This document shows positions 61,524 to 64,000 of a stretch of 64,000 nt of DNA, one piece after another. The position numbers and the translations under genes are program-made. Source of the DNA: an uncultured Gemmatimonadales bacterium (lineage in GTDB: Bacteria; Gemmatimonadota; Gemmatimonadetes; Gemmatimonadales; Gemmatimonadaceae); the NCBI GenBank assembly GCA_963793305.1, contig CAWBZV010000005.1, positions 1,088,001-1,152,000 on the forward strand. Reading direction: 5' to 3'. The notes under the pieces are model-generated. The model made no database searches. It worked only from the letters and a program-made list of their open reading frames with translations, and had not been told where the DNA came from. The first letter of the stretch is position 1. Every line of letters begins with the position of its first letter.

Positions 61524-62329
61524 ACGACCTGTCGGACCCTCCCGACGTCCTGTATTCGGCCGGCTCGCTCGCTATACTGGACGCGCCGACCGTAACGCTG
61601 GTCGGTAGCCGTCGGGCGACCGCATATGGCGAACGCATAGCACGCGTCTTCGGCACCGCATTCGCCCGCGCAGGCGTCTCCGTCATCAGCGGTCTCGCCT
61701 ACGGCATCGATGTCGCCGCCCAACGTGCTGCGCTGGAAGCTGGTGGCAACGTCTGCGCGGTTCTCGGCACTGGCCTGGACGTGTTCTACCCTCTCTCCCA
61801 TCGCCGCATCCAGCAGACCATCGCCGAGCGTGGACTTCTGCTATCCGAGTACGCGGCAGGAACGACGGCCCGTCAATGGCATTTCCCACAGCGAAACAGG
61901 CTCATGGCCGCCCTGGGTCGGGCGACGATCGTCATCGAGGCCGGCGAAACCAGCGGCGCGCTGTTGACGGCCCAAATCGCGCTCGACCTGGGCCGCGCGG
62001 TCGGCGTCGTTCCCGGCAACATTGACTCGCCAGAGTCGCGCGGCACCAACGATCTGCTCCATCGCGACAAGGTCGCGCCGGTCACGGACGTTGCGAGTGC
62101 CTTGGCATTACTCAACGCCGCGCCGTCGATGCGGCAACTCGAGCTCGCGCCGGACGAGGAAGCCGTCTGGCGCGCCTTGCCGGCAACGAGCGTCGACGAC
62201 CTTGTCGCTCGCACCACGCTCCCGACGCCGCGCTGCCTAGCGGCCGTCGCCTCCTTGGAGCTCGCCGACGCACTTACCGTTGGCTACGACGGCTCAATTC
62301 GACGGCGGGAAACCGGCGATATTTCATGA
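61490..62329 (+). CDS. dprA: DNA-processing protein DprA (short form)
   Basis: VGSR, SGLAYGID, VLGTG, F.QRNR, IEA...SGAL.TA and G.N.L motifs; wHTH-like tail. Confidence 0.9.
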   Translation: MVDTTPRPARLNDLSDPPDVLYSAGSLAILDAPTVTLVGSRRATAYGERIARVFGTAFARAGVSVISGLAYGIDVAAQRAALEAGGNVCAVLGTGLDVFYPLSHRRIQQTIAERGLLLSEYAAGTTARQWHFPQRNRLMAALGRATIVIEAGETSGALLTAQIALDLGRAVGVVPGNIDSPESRGTNDLLHRDKVAPVTDVASALALLNAAPSMRQLELAPDEEAVWRALPATSVDDLVARTTLPTPRCLAAVASLELADALTVGYDGSIRRRETGDIS

Positions 62330-62330
62330 C

Positions 62331-63482
62331 GTGCCCCCGCGCCACCTCTATGTCCACGTCCCATTCTGCGCCCGTCGCTGCTCGTACTGCGATTTTTCGA
62401 TCGCGGTCCGAGCCAAGCTGCCAGTAGCCGAGTACCTGTCGGCTCTGCGCGTCGAGTTGACGCTGCGCCATGGCGCCGACGGGCCGTGGCCGGTGGACAC
62501 GATCTACTTGGGCGGAGGCACGCCGTCAGCGTTGGGCGCAGATGTTGGTCGCCTGATGGACCTGCTGCGTGAATTCGTGCAACCAACGTCAGGTGCCGAA
62601 GGTGGCGAAGGTGCTGGGGATGCCGAGGGTGCCGAAGTGACACTCGAAGCGAACCCCGAGCACGTCACTCCGCGCATGGCCGCAGCATGGCGGGAAGCCG
62701 GCGTCAATCGCCTGTCCCTGGGCGCGCAGTCGTTCGACTCGAAAGTTCTAGCGTGGATGCACCGCACCCATCGCGTGGATGATATTTCGCGCGCCGTAGA
62801 CGCAGCGCGAAGCGCGCGTCTAGAAAACGTGTCTTTGGATCTGATCTTCGCCCTCCCGACGAAACTCGGCCGGGACTGGGAGGCAGACCTGAATCGCGCT
62901 ATCGCCCTCGACCCGGCCCACATTTCGCTCTACGGCTTGACCGTGGAACCTGCCACGCCCTTGTCGCGCTGGATCGCACGTGGCGAGACCACGCCGGCCG
63001 ATGATGGCGTCTATGCGGGCGAGTTCCTGCGGGCCCACGCGATGGCGGCGTCCGCTGGCTTCGATCACTACGAAGTGTCGAACTTCGCGCTACCTGGCCG
63101 GCACTCGCGACACAACTCGGCCTATTGGTCCGGTGCGCCCTACGCCGGACTGGGTCCGTCCGCTCACGAGTTCGATGGGACGACCCGTCGCTGGAACGTC
63201 GCCCCGTATGCCGAGTGGTGTTCTACGCTGCGCGCCGGCAAAGACCCGATTGGGGGGTCTGAGCAACTCACGCGAGAAAACCAGGAGACCGAGCGCGTGT
63301 ATTTGGGGCTGAGAACAGCGAGCGGTCTTGTAATCGAACCAGGTGATGAGCCCGTAATAGACTCGTGGGAGCAGCAAAACTGGGCGGATCGGCGAGCCGA
63401 CCGAGCCATATTGACCCCTGACGGTTGGCTTCGTCTGGATGCCTTGGCCACTGACTTGACTTATGCCAGAAGTCGTTCGTAG
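62331..63482 (+). CDS. hemW: Radical SAM heme chaperone HemW (HemN-like)
   Basis: HLYVHVPFCARRCSYCDF, TIYLGGGTPS, E.NP, NRLSLG.QS and YEVSNF..PG..SRHN..YW motifs. Confidence 0.92.
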   Translation: MPPRHLYVHVPFCARRCSYCDFSIAVRAKLPVAEYLSALRVELTLRHGADGPWPVDTIYLGGGTPSALGADVGRLMDLLREFVQPTSGAEGGEGAGDAEGAEVTLEANPEHVTPRMAAAWREAGVNRLSLGAQSFDSKVLAWMHRTHRVDDISRAVDAARSARLENVSLDLIFALPTKLGRDWEADLNRAIALDPAHISLYGLTVEPATPLSRWIARGETTPADDGVYAGEFLRAHAMAASAGFDHYEVSNFALPGRHSRHNSAYWSGAPYAGLGPSAHEFDGTTRRWNVAPYAEWCSTLRAGKDPIGGSEQLTRENQETERVYLGLRTASGLVIEPGDEPVIDSWEQQNWADRRADRAILTPDGWLRLDALATDLTYARSRS

Positions 63483-63485
63483 TTT
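63456..63485 (+). promoter_or_regulatory. Putative hrcA promoter embedded in the hemW 3' end
   Basis: TTGACT (63456-63461)-N18-TAGTTT (63480-63485), 7 nt before the ATG. Confidence 0.55.
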
Positions 63486-63492
63486 TGAACTT

Positions 63493-64000
63493 ATGCCATT
63501 GCCCGCGCTCAACGACCGCGAGCGTCGTATCCTTGAGGCCGTCATTCAGAGCTACGTAGAGACAGCCGAGCCCACTGGCTCGCGCAGCCTCGCCCGTCGC
63601 TTTGGTTTCGGCGTCTCGCCTGCGACGATCCGCAATACGATGAGCGACCTGGAGGAGAAGGGGTACCTGTACCACCCTCACACTTCCGCGGGCCGCGTGC
63701 CGACGGACATCGCATACCGGTTGTACGTCGACTCACTCATGCGCCTTTCTCCGGCTTCACTGCCGCTGCCGGAGAAAGACGACCTGATGGAACGCTTGGC
63801 CGCGGGCGGCTCGGCGATCGAAAATATTTTGCGGTGCGCCGCGCAGAGCCTCGGCCTGCTCACGCAAGAGTTGGGCATTGCGCTCGGTCCCCGCATGGAC
63901 CAGACCGTGCTCGAGCGTCTCGACCTGGTTCGCCTCTCGAGCGAGCGTCTGTTGCTGGTCCTCGGTCTCCGCGGCGGCGCCATGCGCACGATTTTCGTGG
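63493..64000 (+). CDS. hrcA: Heat-inducible transcription repressor HrcA (3' partial; not in the ORF track)
   Basis: MPLPALNDRERRILEAVIQSYVETAEPTGSR...VSPATIRNTMSDLEEKGYLYHPHTSAGRVPTD. Confidence 0.96.
   Translation, partial: MPLPALNDRERRILEAVIQSYVETAEPTGSRSLARRFGFGVSPATIRNTMSDLEEKGYLYHPHTSAGRVPTDIAYRLYVDSLMRLSPASLPLPEKDDLMERLAAGGSAIENILRCAAQSLGLLTQELGIALGPRMDQTVLERLDLVRLSSERLLLVLGLRGGAMRTIFV

Noticed and set aside
63440..63492. CIRCE element upstream of hrcA
   Set aside because: TTGGCCACT...TATGCCAG only loosely resembles TTAGCACTC-N9-GAGTGCTAA, and the spacing does not fit.

Overview
GC-rich bacterial chromosomal window. The gene content and protein styles suggest Gemmatimonadota; that is an inference. 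Left end: a partial AAA+ ATPase / S8 protease pair (IetAS-like), then housekeeping genes (cca, rarA, hflX). From about 7.7 to 53.6 kb there is a ~46 kb surface-glycan super-locus. It has two initiating transferases (WecA-like with a C-terminal extension, WcaJ-like) and both ABC (Wzm/Wzt) and Wzx/Wzy-type export. It also has Wzi, Wzz and multi-SLBB Wza/KpsD-like proteins, about 13 glycosyltransferases, nucleotide-sugar enzymes, a carbamoyltransferase, two methyltransferases, LhgO, a GT4 fused to an alpha/alpha-toroid domain, and tRNA-Val(CAC). Right end: OFA-type MFS with an unlisted 32-aa partner, tRNA-Ile2(CAT), rfaE/hldA kinase, mlaEFD, an aryl-sulfate sulfotransferase-like lipoprotein, obgE, dprA, hemW and partial hrcA. 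The most striking sequence-level signal: seven independent gene-breaking frameshifts are all the same +1 insertion in the palindrome GACGTC (GAACGTC or GACGTTC). This is most simply a long-read miscall at a modified motif, and so indirect evidence of a GACGTC DNA methyltransferase. There are also signs of leaderless and bidirectional promoters and of non-canonical start codons. All product calls come from motif reading; no searches were run.
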